Notes: generated from the sequence alone by a model not told the origin. DNA of 64,000 bases from Rhodocyclaceae bacterium (GCA_031555955.1 JAVBTY010000025.1:33205-97204), one strand, 5' to 3'; numbered from the stretch's first letter, positions 8,258 through 18,089 are shown. Program-made: numbers and translations.

Positions 8258-10813
8258 ATGGAATTTGCAGCACATATCCGGGGAAAGGATAAACAACGGC
8301 AAGAGCTTTCCGTGCATCTGCGTGAGGTGGCTGCTATTGCCGCGGAGACCGCTGAAAAAATCGGACTGGCCCCTGCGGGGCGGGTGGCTGGTCTGGCGCA
8401 TGATCTTGGCAAGTACAGCGCTGCTTTTCAGATCTATATCCTCTCGGCGGAAGGGCTGCTTGATCCGGACAGGGACGATGAGTGGGTCGATGCCCGCCGC
8501 CTGAAGGGAAAAATCGATCATTCCAGCGCGGGCGCGCAATGGATCTGGCAGGCACTGGGTATTCAGGCGCAGCCGCCGCGCAACAGCGAAGAGAAGATGC
8601 GGCTGCTCGCGGCGCAAATGCTGGCGCTGACCGCGGCTTCGCACCACGGAGGGCTGATCGACTGCGTTGCTCCTGGCGTGCAGCAGGCAGGGCAGGACGG
8701 CTTTACGCGCCGCATCGGGAAAGACGGTGGAGAGACGCATCTGGAGGAGGTGCGGATGCGGCTGGACGAAGATGTCCGGCGGCTGTTGCAGGAACTGCTG
8801 GCTTCGGAAGAACTGGTCGCATCGGTTCGTGCGCTGCACCAGCGTATTTCCCGCACTGAAAAACAGCACGAAGGCAACAGGGCGATCCTGCAATGCAAGC
8901 TTGGGCTGGCGACGCGTTTTTTATTGAGCAGCCTGGTTGAGGGCGATCACCGAAGCAGCAGCGAATTTGAGAGTCCTGAAACAGTACGGATGCGCGGAGA
9001 GCAGAAGCCGGACTGGCGCGCGCTGGCCACCTTGCTGGAAAACGCTCTCGGAAATTTTTCCTGCAAACCCGGACAGGAAAAAATTCATGCGATCCGGGCG
9101 GATATCGCGGCGCACTGTCTGGCCGCGGCACCCCGCGAGCGGGGCATCTACACGCTGACCGTGCCGACGGGCGGCGGAAAAACCCTGGCCAGCCTGCGCT
9201 TTGCGCTGCACCACGCGCACGAACATGGGCTGGACCGCATCATCTACGTGATCCCTTTCACCTCGATCATCGACCAGAACGCCAGGGTTGTGCGCGGCAT
9301 TCTGGAGCCGGAAGGCGTTGCGCCGGAAAGTGTGCTGCTGGAACACCACTCCAACCTGCTGCCGGAAAAACTCACCTGGCGGCACAAGCTGCAGTCGGAA
9401 AACTGGGATGCGCCCGTTATCTACACCACCAGCGTGCAATTGCTGGAAGCGCTGTTCGGCGGGGGTACGCGCAATGCGCGGCGTATGCATGCGCTGGCGC
9501 GCGCGGTGCTGATTTTTGATGAGGTGCAGGCGCTACCGCTCAGATGTGCGCACCTGTTCGCCAATGCACTGAACTTTCTGGTGGAGCAGGCGGGCAGCAG
9601 TGCGGTGCTGTGTACGGCGACGCAGCCGCTGCTGCACGAGATTGATCACGATCACAAAAGTGGCCGGGAAAAGGTGGCCAGTGAAAAAAATGGCGCGGTA
9701 CGGCTGGCCCTCGACCATGAACTGATGCCGGATGTGGGAAAACTGTTCGCCGACCTTAAACGGACCGACATCATCAACCGCTGTCGGCCGGGCGGCTGGA
9801 GCCACGAAGCCGCCGCCGCGCTGGCTGTCGATACACAGCGTGAATTCCGCAGCACGCTGTGTATCGTCAACACCCGGGATGCGGCGCGTCAAATATTCCA
9901 GAACTGCCGCGCGCGAACAGAAACGCCGGTATTCCACCTGAGCACCAGCATGTATCCGGCGCATCGGCGCGAGGTGCTGGACCGGATCAGGGCCCGGCTG
10001 AACGGAAATGAGCCGGTGATCTGCGTCAGCACCCAGCTGATCGAGGCCGGGGTCGATGTCAGCTTTGGCTCGGTGATCCGTTCCATGGCGGGGATGGATT
10101 CCATCGCCCAGGCGGCCGGCCGCTGTAACCGCAATGGCGAACTGGCAACGCCCGCGCCGGTGTTCGTCATCAATCTGGCGCAGGAAAACATGGGGTTTCT
10201 GCCAGAAATCGCTGACGGACAACAGGTCAGTGAGCGCCTGTTTGATGAGTTCGCCAGAGAGCCAGCCCGTTTTCAGAACGATCTTCTGGCCGAACCGGGC
10301 ATGCGCAAATATTTTGAGTATTACTTTTTTCGCCGCACGGCATGCATGGGTTATCCGGTTTGTCTGGACCGGATGAGCTTCGCGGAAAAAGATAATTCTG
10401 ATACGACGCTGCTGTCGCTGCTGGGCGGCAATGACCGGGCTGTGAGCGAATACAGGAACAATAACGACGGACAGCCGCCCCCTTACCCGCTGCATCAGGC
10501 ATTCCGCACCGCCGCCCAGATTTTCAGGGCGATTGATTCGCCTGCGCAGGGGGTAGTGGTTCGCCACGGCGAAGGGGAAAACATTGTGGCCGGGCTGAAC
10601 GGGGAGCAGCATCCGGCGCGGATGAATGAACTGCTGCGCCAGGCGCAGCAGTTCAGCGTGAATCTGTTTGAATATCAGATCAGGGCATTGCAGGCGGAAG
10701 GGGCGCTGCACCAGACGTTATCCGGGATCTGGTATCTTGATCCGGGCTACTATCACCCTGATTCCGGCGTCAGCGCCACGCGATGCGCGCCAATGGAAAC
10801 GCAGATGTGGTAG
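8258..10813 (+). CDS. cas3: CRISPR-associated helicase/nuclease Cas3 (type I-C)
   Basis: Start trimmed to MEFAAH. HD nuclease motifs HL..V, HDLGK, DHS, HHGGL, SSLVEGD. SF2 helicase motifs PTGGGKT, DEVQ, TATQP, STQLIEAGVD, QAAGRCNR. Confidence 0.95.
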   Translation: MEFAAHIRGKDKQRQELSVHLREVAAIAAETAEKIGLAPAGRVAGLAHDLGKYSAAFQIYILSAEGLLDPDRDDEWVDARRLKGKIDHSSAGAQWIWQALGIQAQPPRNSEEKMRLLAAQMLALTAASHHGGLIDCVAPGVQQAGQDGFTRRIGKDGGETHLEEVRMRLDEDVRRLLQELLASEELVASVRALHQRISRTEKQHEGNRAILQCKLGLATRFLLSSLVEGDHRSSSEFESPETVRMRGEQKPDWRALATLLENALGNFSCKPGQEKIHAIRADIAAHCLAAAPRERGIYTLTVPTGGGKTLASLRFALHHAHEHGLDRIIYVIPFTSIIDQNARVVRGILEPEGVAPESVLLEHHSNLLPEKLTWRHKLQSENWDAPVIYTTSVQLLEALFGGGTRNARRMHALARAVLIFDEVQALPLRCAHLFANALNFLVEQAGSSAVLCTATQPLLHEIDHDHKSGREKVASEKNGAVRLALDHELMPDVGKLFADLKRTDIINRCRPGGWSHEAAAALAVDTQREFRSTLCIVNTRDAARQIFQNCRARTETPVFHLSTSMYPAHRREVLDRIRARLNGNEPVICVSTQLIEAGVDVSFGSVIRSMAGMDSIAQAAGRCNRNGELATPAPVFVINLAQENMGFLPEIADGQQVSERLFDEFAREPARFQNDLLAEPGMRKYFEYYFFRRTACMGYPVCLDRMSFAEKDNSDTTLLSLLGGNDRAVSEYRNNNDGQPPPYPLHQAFRTAAQIFRAIDSPAQGVVVRHGEGENIVAGLNGEQHPARMNELLRQAQQFSVNLFEYQIRALQAEGALHQTLSGIWYLDPGYYHPDSGVSATRCAPMETQMW

Positions 10814-10863
10814 TAGCAGGACGGCTGTCAATAAAAACGCATAAGACTTATCCGGGAGAACCC

Positions 10864-11595
10864 ATGCACGACACCGCCAGAAACACCCTGGAGTTCAGGG
10901 TGCACGCCAGATTCGCCCTGTTTACCGATCCCCTGACGCGCCTCGGCGGCGAAAAATGCTCCTATCACCTGCCGACCTACGAAGCGCTGAAAGGCATTGC
11001 CAAATCGATCTACTGGAAGCCGACCCTGATCTGGGTGATCGACGCCGTGCGCATCATGAGGCCGGTCCGCACCCAGACCAAGGGCATGAAACCGCTGGAT
11101 TACGCCAGCGGCGGCAATACGCTGGCGATCTATACTTTTCTTGCCGATGTCGAATACCAGGTGCGCGCGCATTTTATCTGGAACGAAGCGCGCCCCGAAC
11201 TGGCGCGGGACCGTATCGACGGCAAGCACTTCGCCATTGCCCGGCGCAGCCTGGAAAAAGGCGGCCGCCAGGATATTTTTCTCGGCACGCGTGACTGCCA
11301 GGGCTACGTCGAGCCATGCGTCTTCGGTAGTGGCGCCGGGCACTACGATAGTGCTGGCGAGCTGGCCTACGGCCTGATGTTCCATGGCTTTGATTACCCG
11401 GACGAAACCGGCGGCAGCGATCTCGTCAGCCGCTTCTGGCAGCCTGTATTGCGGAACGGCTACCTCGAATTTCCCGTCCCGGAAGCGTGCGCCATCCGTA
11501 AAACCGTGCGCCCGATGCAGGTCAAGGATTTTGGCTTTGGGGAAAACCTTCAGGACGTGGAAAGCGCCTGCCAGCAATGGGAGGCGGAGCCATGA
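10864..11595 (+). CDS. cas5: Cas5c (Cas5d) crRNA-processing Cascade subunit
   Basis: ALFTDPLTRLGGEKCSYHLPTYEALKGI..SIYWKPT, DGKH, IFLGTRDCQGY; GGAGA RBS upstream of ATG 10864. Confidence 0.95.
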   Translation: MHDTARNTLEFRVHARFALFTDPLTRLGGEKCSYHLPTYEALKGIAKSIYWKPTLIWVIDAVRIMRPVRTQTKGMKPLDYASGGNTLAIYTFLADVEYQVRAHFIWNEARPELARDRIDGKHFAIARRSLEKGGRQDIFLGTRDCQGYVEPCVFGSGAGHYDSAGELAYGLMFHGFDYPDETGGSDLVSRFWQPVLRNGYLEFPVPEACAIRKTVRPMQVKDFGFGENLQDVESACQQWEAEP

Positions 11596-13562
11596 GCTGG
11601 ATACAGCAGCTGTATGAAACCTACGAACAGTGCGCCGGCAGGGAAGCGCCCGGCGGGCAGCCGCTGCTTCCGGTCAGCCATACCGCCCAGCAGGCCCATG
11701 TCGAGGTGTGCATCAATGGCGAAGGCGGTTTTATGTCGGCCCGGGCGCTGTCGCCGCGCGCGGAAACCATTCTTCCCGCAACCGAAAAGTCCGCCGGGCG
11801 CACCAGCGGCGAAGCGGCGCATGCGCTGGCCGACAAAATCCAGTATTGCGCTGGAGACTATTCTGATTTTGGCGGGAAAAAGGCTTCGTACTTCGAAGGT
11901 TATATCGCGCAGCTGCGCGGCTGGTGCGCATCGCCGCACGGGCATCCCAAGGCGTGGGCCGTGCTGCGCTATCTCGAAAAAGGCACGCTGGTCGCTGATC
12001 TGCTGGAGTCCGGGGTGCTGCATGCCCGCGATGGGGTACTGCTGACCGCCTGGGATGGCGGCGAAGAGGGCAGAGAAGGAAAGAGCAGGGAAATACCCGA
12101 TATCTTCCGCCAGCTCACACCCAAAAACGAAAAGGGCGTCAAGGTGCAGGATCAGGGCGATGCCTTGGTGCGCTGGCGCGTTGTCATGTCCGGCGATCCG
12201 CAGGATCAGACCTGGCTTGATGGCAGCCTGTACCAGGCATGGCTGGATTACGATGCCTCCAACAGGCAGCTGCGTGGTGTGTGCATGTCCCGGGGCGAAG
12301 AAACGGCCATTGCCGAACAGCATCCGGCCAAACTGCGTCATGGTGGCGACAAGGCCAAGCTGATCTCCTCCAACGACACTACCGGTTATACCTTTCGCGG
12401 CCGTTTCGAGGAGGCCGATCAGGCCTGCACCGTTGGTTTCGACGTTACGCAAAAAGCCCATAACGCCTTGCGCTGGCTGCTTTCCGACAAAAAACGCACC
12501 TTCCAGAATGGCGAACAGGCCATCGTCGGCTGGGAAACCGCGGGTCATGAAATTCCCAGTCCCCTGCACGCCAGCGATGAATTTATCGACGATGAAGAGA
12601 TGCTGCCCGAAGGCCCCGACGCCGGGCGTCAGGATGCCGGGCGGATTTTCGCCCAACGGCTGAAGCGCAGGATCGCCGGATACCAGAGCGTGCTTGGATC
12701 CGCCGCCCGCGTGGTCGTCATGGCGCTTGACGCCGCTACGCCCGGGCGCATGGCTATCGTCTATTACCGCGAGCTGACCGGCAGTGAATTTCTGGCCCGT
12801 CTGGATGCCTGGCACGCCGGTTTTGCCTGGCCGCAGCGTTACGGCAAAGAACGCAGCTTTATCGGCGCGCCTGCGCCACACGATATTGCCGCAGCCGCAT
12901 TCGGGCACGATGTGGTGGGGCAGGACAAAAAGCGCAAGCTGCTCAAGGCCACGGTCGAGCGGCTGCTGCCCTGCATCATCGATGGCGTTCCGCTGCCGCG
13001 CGATCTTTTGCAGTGTGCGCTCAATCGCGCCACCCACCCGCAATCAATGCCGCGCTGGGAATGGAACAAGGTTCTGGGCATTGCCTGCAGTCTTTATAAA
13101 GGATCGCATCCACAGGAGAACTATCAGATGGCTCTGGAAACAGAACGCACCACGCGTGATTATCTGTACGGCCGACTGCTGGCCGTGGCCGACCGGCTGG
13201 AAGGGCTGGCGCTGTACGTGGCCAATGAAACGCGTGACACCAGCGCGGCGAAGCTGCTGCCGCGTTTTGCCGCGCATCCCTACCTTACCTGGGCGCAGCT
13301 GGAAATCGCCCTGAATCCGTACAAATCGCGCCTGCGCGCCAAACGTCCAGGGATGCTGCAGGATCTCGAGAAGCTCCAGCAGCACATCATGGCGACCTTT
13401 CAGGGCGATGAATTCCGCGATGACAGCAGGCTTAGCGGCGAATTTCTGCTGGCCTACCATTGCCAGAGCCAGGCGCTATGGGATCTGTGGAAAAAAGACG
13501 GCAATGCCGCCGCCGGTGATTCTGATTCTGCCGGGACATCATCAACTTTGAACGGAAAATAA
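11592..13562 (+). CDS. cas8c: Cas8c (Csd1) large subunit
   Basis: MSWIQQLYETY, PATEKSAGRT, LADKIQY, AKLISSND, QKAHNALRWL, ATPGRMAI, RDYLYGRLLA, EFLLAYHCQ. ATGA overlap with the cas5 stop. Confidence 0.95.
   Translation: MSWIQQLYETYEQCAGREAPGGQPLLPVSHTAQQAHVEVCINGEGGFMSARALSPRAETILPATEKSAGRTSGEAAHALADKIQYCAGDYSDFGGKKASYFEGYIAQLRGWCASPHGHPKAWAVLRYLEKGTLVADLLESGVLHARDGVLLTAWDGGEEGREGKSREIPDIFRQLTPKNEKGVKVQDQGDALVRWRVVMSGDPQDQTWLDGSLYQAWLDYDASNRQLRGVCMSRGEETAIAEQHPAKLRHGGDKAKLISSNDTTGYTFRGRFEEADQACTVGFDVTQKAHNALRWLLSDKKRTFQNGEQAIVGWETAGHEIPSPLHASDEFIDDEEMLPEGPDAGRQDAGRIFAQRLKRRIAGYQSVLGSAARVVVMALDAATPGRMAIVYYRELTGSEFLARLDAWHAGFAWPQRYGKERSFIGAPAPHDIAAAAFGHDVVGQDKKRKLLKATVERLLPCIIDGVPLPRDLLQCALNRATHPQSMPRWEWNKVLGIACSLYKGSHPQENYQMALETERTTRDYLYGRLLAVADRLEGLALYVANETRDTSAAKLLPRFAAHPYLTWAQLEIALNPYKSRLRAKRPGMLQDLEKLQQHIMATFQGDEFRDDSRLSGEFLLAYHCQSQALWDLWKKDGNAAAGDSDSAGTSSTLNGK
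13128..13562 (+). CDS. cas11: Cas11c small subunit translated from an internal start within cas8c
   Basis: AGGAG at 13114-13118, 9 nt before an in-frame ATG at 13128 (MALETERTTRDYLYGRLLA..., 144 aa). Internal Cas11 translation is established for type I-C. Confidence 0.75.
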   Translation: MALETERTTRDYLYGRLLAVADRLEGLALYVANETRDTSAAKLLPRFAAHPYLTWAQLEIALNPYKSRLRAKRPGMLQDLEKLQQHIMATFQGDEFRDDSRLSGEFLLAYHCQSQALWDLWKKDGNAAAGDSDSAGTSSTLNGK

Positions 13563-13575
13563 GAGGCATTCACCC

Positions 13576-14469
13576 ATGAGTACTCCACTGAGCCAGAAAA
13601 TCGACTTCGCCGTCATCCTGCGAGTCGCCAACGCCAATCCCAACGGTGATCCGCTCAACGGCAACCGTCCGCGCGCGGGTTACGACGGCTATGGCGAAAT
13701 CACCGATGTCTGCCTGAAGCGCAAACTGCGTGACCGTCTGCAGGAGCTGGGCGAAGCTATCTTCGTACAGTCTGATGACCGCAAAAACGATGACGCCAGA
13801 AGTCTGCAATCCCGCGCCAGCGCCGTACTTGGTGAGAAGCTTGGTTCGGACGAAACCCGTCAGATCGCGTGCAGCACCTGGTTCGACGTACGCGCTTTCG
13901 GACAGCTTTTCGCTTACAAGGCGCCGAAAAAGAAAGCCGCCAAAAAAGGCGAAAGCGAAGAGGGCGCCAGTGAAGGCGACAGCGGCATTTCCATCGCTAT
14001 CCGTGGTCCGGTCACCGTTCAGTCCGCTTTTAGTCTGCAGCCGGTCGAGATTACCAGCACCCAGATCACCAAAAGCGTTAGCGGCGAAGATCCCAAAGAG
14101 GGCAAAAACCGCGCCTCCGACACCATGGGCATGAAGCACCGTGTCGATCAGGCAATCTATGCTTTCTACGGCAGCATGAACCCGCAACTGGCGGAGCGCA
14201 CAGCTTTTTCCGATGAGGATGCCGGAAAAATCAAGGCGGCGTTGCCACGGCTGTTCGAAAACGATGCGTCGTCCGCCAGACCGGAAGGCAGCATGGAGGT
14301 GCTCAAGGTCATATGGTGGCAGCATGGCAGCAAGGCCGGACAGTATTCTTCGGCCAAGGTGCACCAGTCGCTGCGTGAGCGGCTGAGCGCCCAGGATGGC
14401 AGCTTCAGCGAAGAAGAGCTGAAAAACGCCTTGTCCGGGCTGAAACCTGAAATTATCCCCGGGTTTTGA
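13576..14469 (+). CDS. cas7: Cas7 (Csd2) backbone subunit
   Basis: ANPNGDPLNGNRPR, DVCLKRKLRD, WFDVRAFG, IRGPV, QITKSV, DTMGMKH, FENDASSARPEG. Confidence 0.95.
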   Translation: MSTPLSQKIDFAVILRVANANPNGDPLNGNRPRAGYDGYGEITDVCLKRKLRDRLQELGEAIFVQSDDRKNDDARSLQSRASAVLGEKLGSDETRQIACSTWFDVRAFGQLFAYKAPKKKAAKKGESEEGASEGDSGISIAIRGPVTVQSAFSLQPVEITSTQITKSVSGEDPKEGKNRASDTMGMKHRVDQAIYAFYGSMNPQLAERTAFSDEDAGKIKAALPRLFENDASSARPEGSMEVLKVIWWQHGSKAGQYSSAKVHQSLRERLSAQDGSFSEEELKNALSGLKPEIIPGF

Positions 14470-14560
14470 TAGCCGCACGACGGATGGAGAGTAGCCGCAG
14501 GTTGCGCTCCGTCCCGCGTGGCGGGTTGCCCGTTCTGGATGCCAGACGCCGGGAGCTGTC

Positions 14561-15253
14561 ATGACCGGGGTCGTGATTCTCCCCGGACTGGATGGCGCGG
14601 CGGTTCTTCGGGAACCGTTCTGCGCGCATCTGCGGAGGCTGGGCGTTCCGGCGCGGGCGATTGCTTATCCGGCCGATCTGGCGTCCGGTTACGGGGAACT
14701 GGAATCTTTCGTCCGGCCCCGGCTGCCTGCGGACCGGCCGTTCGTGCTGCTGGGCGAATCCTTTTCCGGACCGCTGGCGATCCGGATCGCCGCCCGCGCT
14801 CCGGCCGGGCTTGCCGGGCTGGTTCTTTCCACGACTTTCGCCGGATCGCCCGTACCGCTGTCCCGGCTGCTGGCGGCGCTGGCCCGGTTCGCGCCCGCCC
14901 GGCTGCCGGAGGTTGCGCTGTCGTGGCTGCTGCTGGGCCGCCAGACTACGCCGGAACAGCTGTGTTCCATGCGGGATGTGCTTGGCGCGGTCAGCCCCGC
15001 CGTGCTCCGTGCAAGGGCCGTCGCCGCCCTGCAGGCCGATGTCGCGGCGCTGCTTCCAGCGGTTTCCGTCCCGGCGCTCTGTCTGCGGGCGACGCATGAC
15101 CGTCTGCTGGCCGGATCTGCCCAGCGTGCGCTTATGAACGGCCTGCCCCGTGCCCGCATGCTTGAGGCGCCAGGGCCGCATTGCCTGCTGCAAACGGCTG
15201 CCGGGCTGTGCGCCCGGGCGGTTGCGGATTTCTGCGCGGATCTGGTTCCCTGA
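14561..15253 (+). CDS. Alpha/beta hydrolase
   Basis: LPGLDG oxyanion region, GESFSG nucleophile elbow, Asp (HDRL) and His (GPH) candidates. Confidence 0.8.
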   Translation: MTGVVILPGLDGAAVLREPFCAHLRRLGVPARAIAYPADLASGYGELESFVRPRLPADRPFVLLGESFSGPLAIRIAARAPAGLAGLVLSTTFAGSPVPLSRLLAALARFAPARLPEVALSWLLLGRQTTPEQLCSMRDVLGAVSPAVLRARAVAALQADVAALLPAVSVPALCLRATHDRLLAGSAQRALMNGLPRARMLEAPGPHCLLQTAAGLCARAVADFCADLVP

Positions 15254-15366
15254 CTGCCCGCCTGTATTGATGCCTGCCTGCCGCCCATGGCGCGCGGATG
15301 TGGCTGCGGCAGACGGGGGGCTGCTACACTCGCGCGGCCATTGCCGATGGAGCGCGCCGAACCGTC

Positions 15367-16290
15367 ATGAGCCTGCTTTCCGCCCTGCGCCGCCTGTTCG
15401 CGCCCGCGCCGCAGCCCGCCGCACCCGAGCCGCCCGCCGCGCAGCCGCGCCTGCGCAGCGTGCAGTGCATTGGCCCGCATGGACTGCACCGCATGGCGTA
15501 TGCCGAATGGGGCGATCCGCGCAACCCGCGGGTGCTGGCGTGCGTGCACGGGCTGACGCGCAACGGGCGCGATTTTGACGATTTCGCGCGCGCCATGAGC
15601 GGGCATTACCGCATCGTCTGCCCCGATGTCGCGGGCCGTGGCCGCAGCGACTGGCTGGGGGTGAAAGAGGATTACGGCTTTCCGCTTTACATCGCCGACA
15701 TGGTGACGCTGATCGCGCGGCTGGACGCGGACGAGGTGCATTGGGTCGGCACCTCGATGGGCGGGCTCATCGGCATGATGCTCGCGGGCCTGCCCCATTC
15801 GCCCGTTACGCGTCTGGTGCTGAACGATATTGGCCCGGCGATTACCGCCGCCGCGCTGCGGCGCATTGGCGAATACGTGGGTAACGCGCCGGAGTTCGCG
15901 GCGATGGAGGCGGTTGAAGCCTATCTGCGCGAGGTGAATGCCTCCTTCGGCCCGCTCACCGCCGCGCAATGGCGGCACCTTGCCCGGTATTCGGCGGGGC
16001 CGGCCGAAGGTGGTTTCGCGATGCTGTACGACCCGGGTATTGGCGATGTTTTCCGCCAGACGCCGCTCATCGCGGATATCGACCTGTGGCAGGTTTACGA
16101 CCGCATCGCCTGCCCGGTGCTGGCCGTGCGCGGCGCGCAGTCCGATCTGCTCGAACCCGCCGTGCTGCGTGCAATGACGGAGCGCGGGCCGCGCGCGCGG
16201 GCGGTGGAATTCGCGGGCGTCGGCCATGCGCCGATGCTGATGGACGAGGCGCAGATCGCCGCGGTGCGGGCGTTTCTGCTCGAACCGTGA
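15367..16290 (+). CDS. Alpha/beta fold hydrolase
   Basis: HGLTRN, GRGRS, GTSMGG and GHAP motifs; start trimmed to MSLLSA. Confidence 0.85.
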   Translation: MSLLSALRRLFAPAPQPAAPEPPAAQPRLRSVQCIGPHGLHRMAYAEWGDPRNPRVLACVHGLTRNGRDFDDFARAMSGHYRIVCPDVAGRGRSDWLGVKEDYGFPLYIADMVTLIARLDADEVHWVGTSMGGLIGMMLAGLPHSPVTRLVLNDIGPAITAAALRRIGEYVGNAPEFAAMEAVEAYLREVNASFGPLTAAQWRHLARYSAGPAEGGFAMLYDPGIGDVFRQTPLIADIDLWQVYDRIACPVLAVRGAQSDLLEPAVLRAMTERGPRARAVEFAGVGHAPMLMDEAQIAAVRAFLLEP

Positions 16291-16306
16291 CGGAAAAAAG
16301 CGGGCA

Positions 16307-17002
16307 ATGAACATACTCGACAGTCTTTTCTCCACCGCCTCCGCGCTCGATGCGGTCGCGCTGCTGTGGTTTCTTTCCGCCTGGGTGGGCTACGGCTGGT
16401 TTTCCGAGCGCAGCCGCTGGGCCGGGGGCGGGCTGCAGGGTGTCAGCCGCCGCTACCGCATGGACTGGGCGCGGCAGCTGCTCGGGCGCGAGATGCGCAT
16501 GGCCGACGCCGCCCTGGTCGGCAACCTGATGCAGAGCGTGTCTTTTTACGCCAACACCACGATTTACGTCATTGCCGGGCTGCTCGCCCTGCTCGGCACG
16601 CTCGACCAGGTGATGGGCCTTGCCGCCGACCTGCCTTTTGCCCGCCAGACCAGCCGCACGCTGTGGGAGCTGAAGCTGATCGTGCTGCTGGGCGTTTTCG
16701 TCGTCGCCTATTTCAAGTTCACCTGGTCGATCCGCCAGTTCAACCTGCTTTCCATCCTGATCGGCTGCAGCCCGAACAGCATGGAAGACGCCGAGGCCGA
16801 AGCCGCGGCGCAGCGCCTCGGAACCATCAACTCCCTGGCGGGCGACGAGTTTAACCGCGGCATCCGCGCCTACTATTTCGGCCTTGCCGCCGTCACCTGG
16901 TTTATCCAGCCGTGGTTTTTCATCACGCTCACCACGGCCATTGTGATCGTGCTGTACCGGCGCGATTTCGTTTCGCCCACGCTGGCGGCGCTGAAGTCCT
17001 GA
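16307..17002 (+). CDS. DUF599 family membrane protein
   Basis: Several TM helices; [25 protein letters not shown]. Confidence 0.8.
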   Translation: MNILDSLFSTASALDAVALLWFLSAWVGYGWFSERSRWAGGGLQGVSRRYRMDWARQLLGREMRMADAALVGNLMQSVSFYANTTIYVIAGLLALLGTLDQVMGLAADLPFARQTSRTLWELKLIVLLGVFVVAYFKFTWSIRQFNLLSILIGCSPNSMEDAEAEAAAQRLGTINSLAGDEFNRGIRAYYFGLAAVTWFIQPWFFITLTTAIVIVLYRRDFVSPTLAALKS

Positions 17003-17105
17003 AACGGCGTGCTGGCGCAGGGCGGGCGTATTCACAGGCTTGCAGCCCGCCTGTAAAAACGGCTTCGTAGCGGCTGTTCCATATCCCAAAAAGGAGACGT
17101 ACCAG

Positions 17106-18089
17106 ATGTTCAAGGGAATCCGTATCGACAAGGATGAGACCGGCTACCGCGTCGCGCTTGCTGATTTTGACGAAGCCGCGCTGCCCGCGGGCGATGTCAC
17201 CGTGCGCGTCGCTTACTCCACCCTCAACTACAAGGACGCGCTGGCGCTTACCGGGAAATCGCCTATCGCGCGTATTTCGCCGCTGATTCCTGGCATTGAC
17301 CTCGCGGGAACGGTGGAGCACAGCGCCCACCCCGATTACCGCGCGGGCGATGCCGTGGTGCTCAACGGCTGGGGTGTGGGCGAAGGCCACTGGGGCGGGC
17401 TGGCGCAGAAAGCGCGGCTGAAAGGCGAGTGGCTGGTGCCGCTGCCCGCCGCCTTCTCGCCGCGCCAGGCGATGGCGATCGGCACCGCCGGTTATACCGC
17501 GATGCTGTGCGTGCTCGCGCTCGAACGCCACGGCGTGACGCCGGACAAGGGCGAGATTCTCGTTACCGGCGCGGCGGGCGGCGTTGGCAGCGTCGCCATC
17601 TCCGTGCTTGCCCGGCTCGGCTATACCGTTGTTGCCTCCACCGGCCGGGCGGCCGAGGCGGATTACCTGAAAAGCCTCGGTGCGGCCGAAGTGCTCGACC
17701 GCGCGCAGCTCTCCGCGCCCGGAAAGCCGCTCGCCCGGGAACGCTGGGCGGGCGCGGTCGATACCGTTGGCAGCCATACGCTGGCCAACGTATGCGCGGC
17801 GACCCGCTATCGCGGCGTTGTGGCTGCCTGCGGCCTGGCGCAGGGGATGGACCTCCCCGCTTCCGTCGCGCCGTTCATCCTGCGCGGCGTGACCCTGGCG
17901 GGCATCGATAGCGTGATGTGCCCGCGCGCGGAGCGGCTGCTGGCGTGGCAGCGCCTGGCGACGGATCTCGACCCCGCGCACCTCGATCTGATGGTGCGTG
18001 AAATTCCGCTGGCCGAAGCCATCCCCGTGGCCGCCGACCTGATCGCGGGCAAGGTGCGCGGGCGGCTGGTGGTGGATGTAAACCGCTGA
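17106..18089 (+). CDS. acuI: Acryloyl-CoA reductase / YhdH-type MDR oxidoreductase
   Basis: [50 protein letters not shown]; AGGAG RBS. Confidence 0.85.
   Translation: MFKGIRIDKDETGYRVALADFDEAALPAGDVTVRVAYSTLNYKDALALTGKSPIARISPLIPGIDLAGTVEHSAHPDYRAGDAVVLNGWGVGEGHWGGLAQKARLKGEWLVPLPAAFSPRQAMAIGTAGYTAMLCVLALERHGVTPDKGEILVTGAAGGVGSVAISVLARLGYTVVASTGRAAEADYLKSLGAAEVLDRAQLSAPGKPLARERWAGAVDTVGSHTLANVCAATRYRGVVAACGLAQGMDLPASVAPFILRGVTLAGIDSVMCPRAERLLAWQRLATDLDPAHLDLMVREIPLAEAIPVAADLIAGKVRGRLVVDVNR

Noticed and set aside
8168-10831. TTGACAG ... CTGTCAA inverted 7-mers flanking cas3
   Set aside because: Too short for IS ends, with no transposase or target duplication; consistent with chance or promoter hexamers.
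14484-14564. 26-codon ORF (MESSRRL...) between cas7 and the hydrolase as a cas4 remnant or toxin peptide
   Set aside because: No resemblance to the Cas4 N-terminus and no clear RBS; short ORFs are expected at this GC content.
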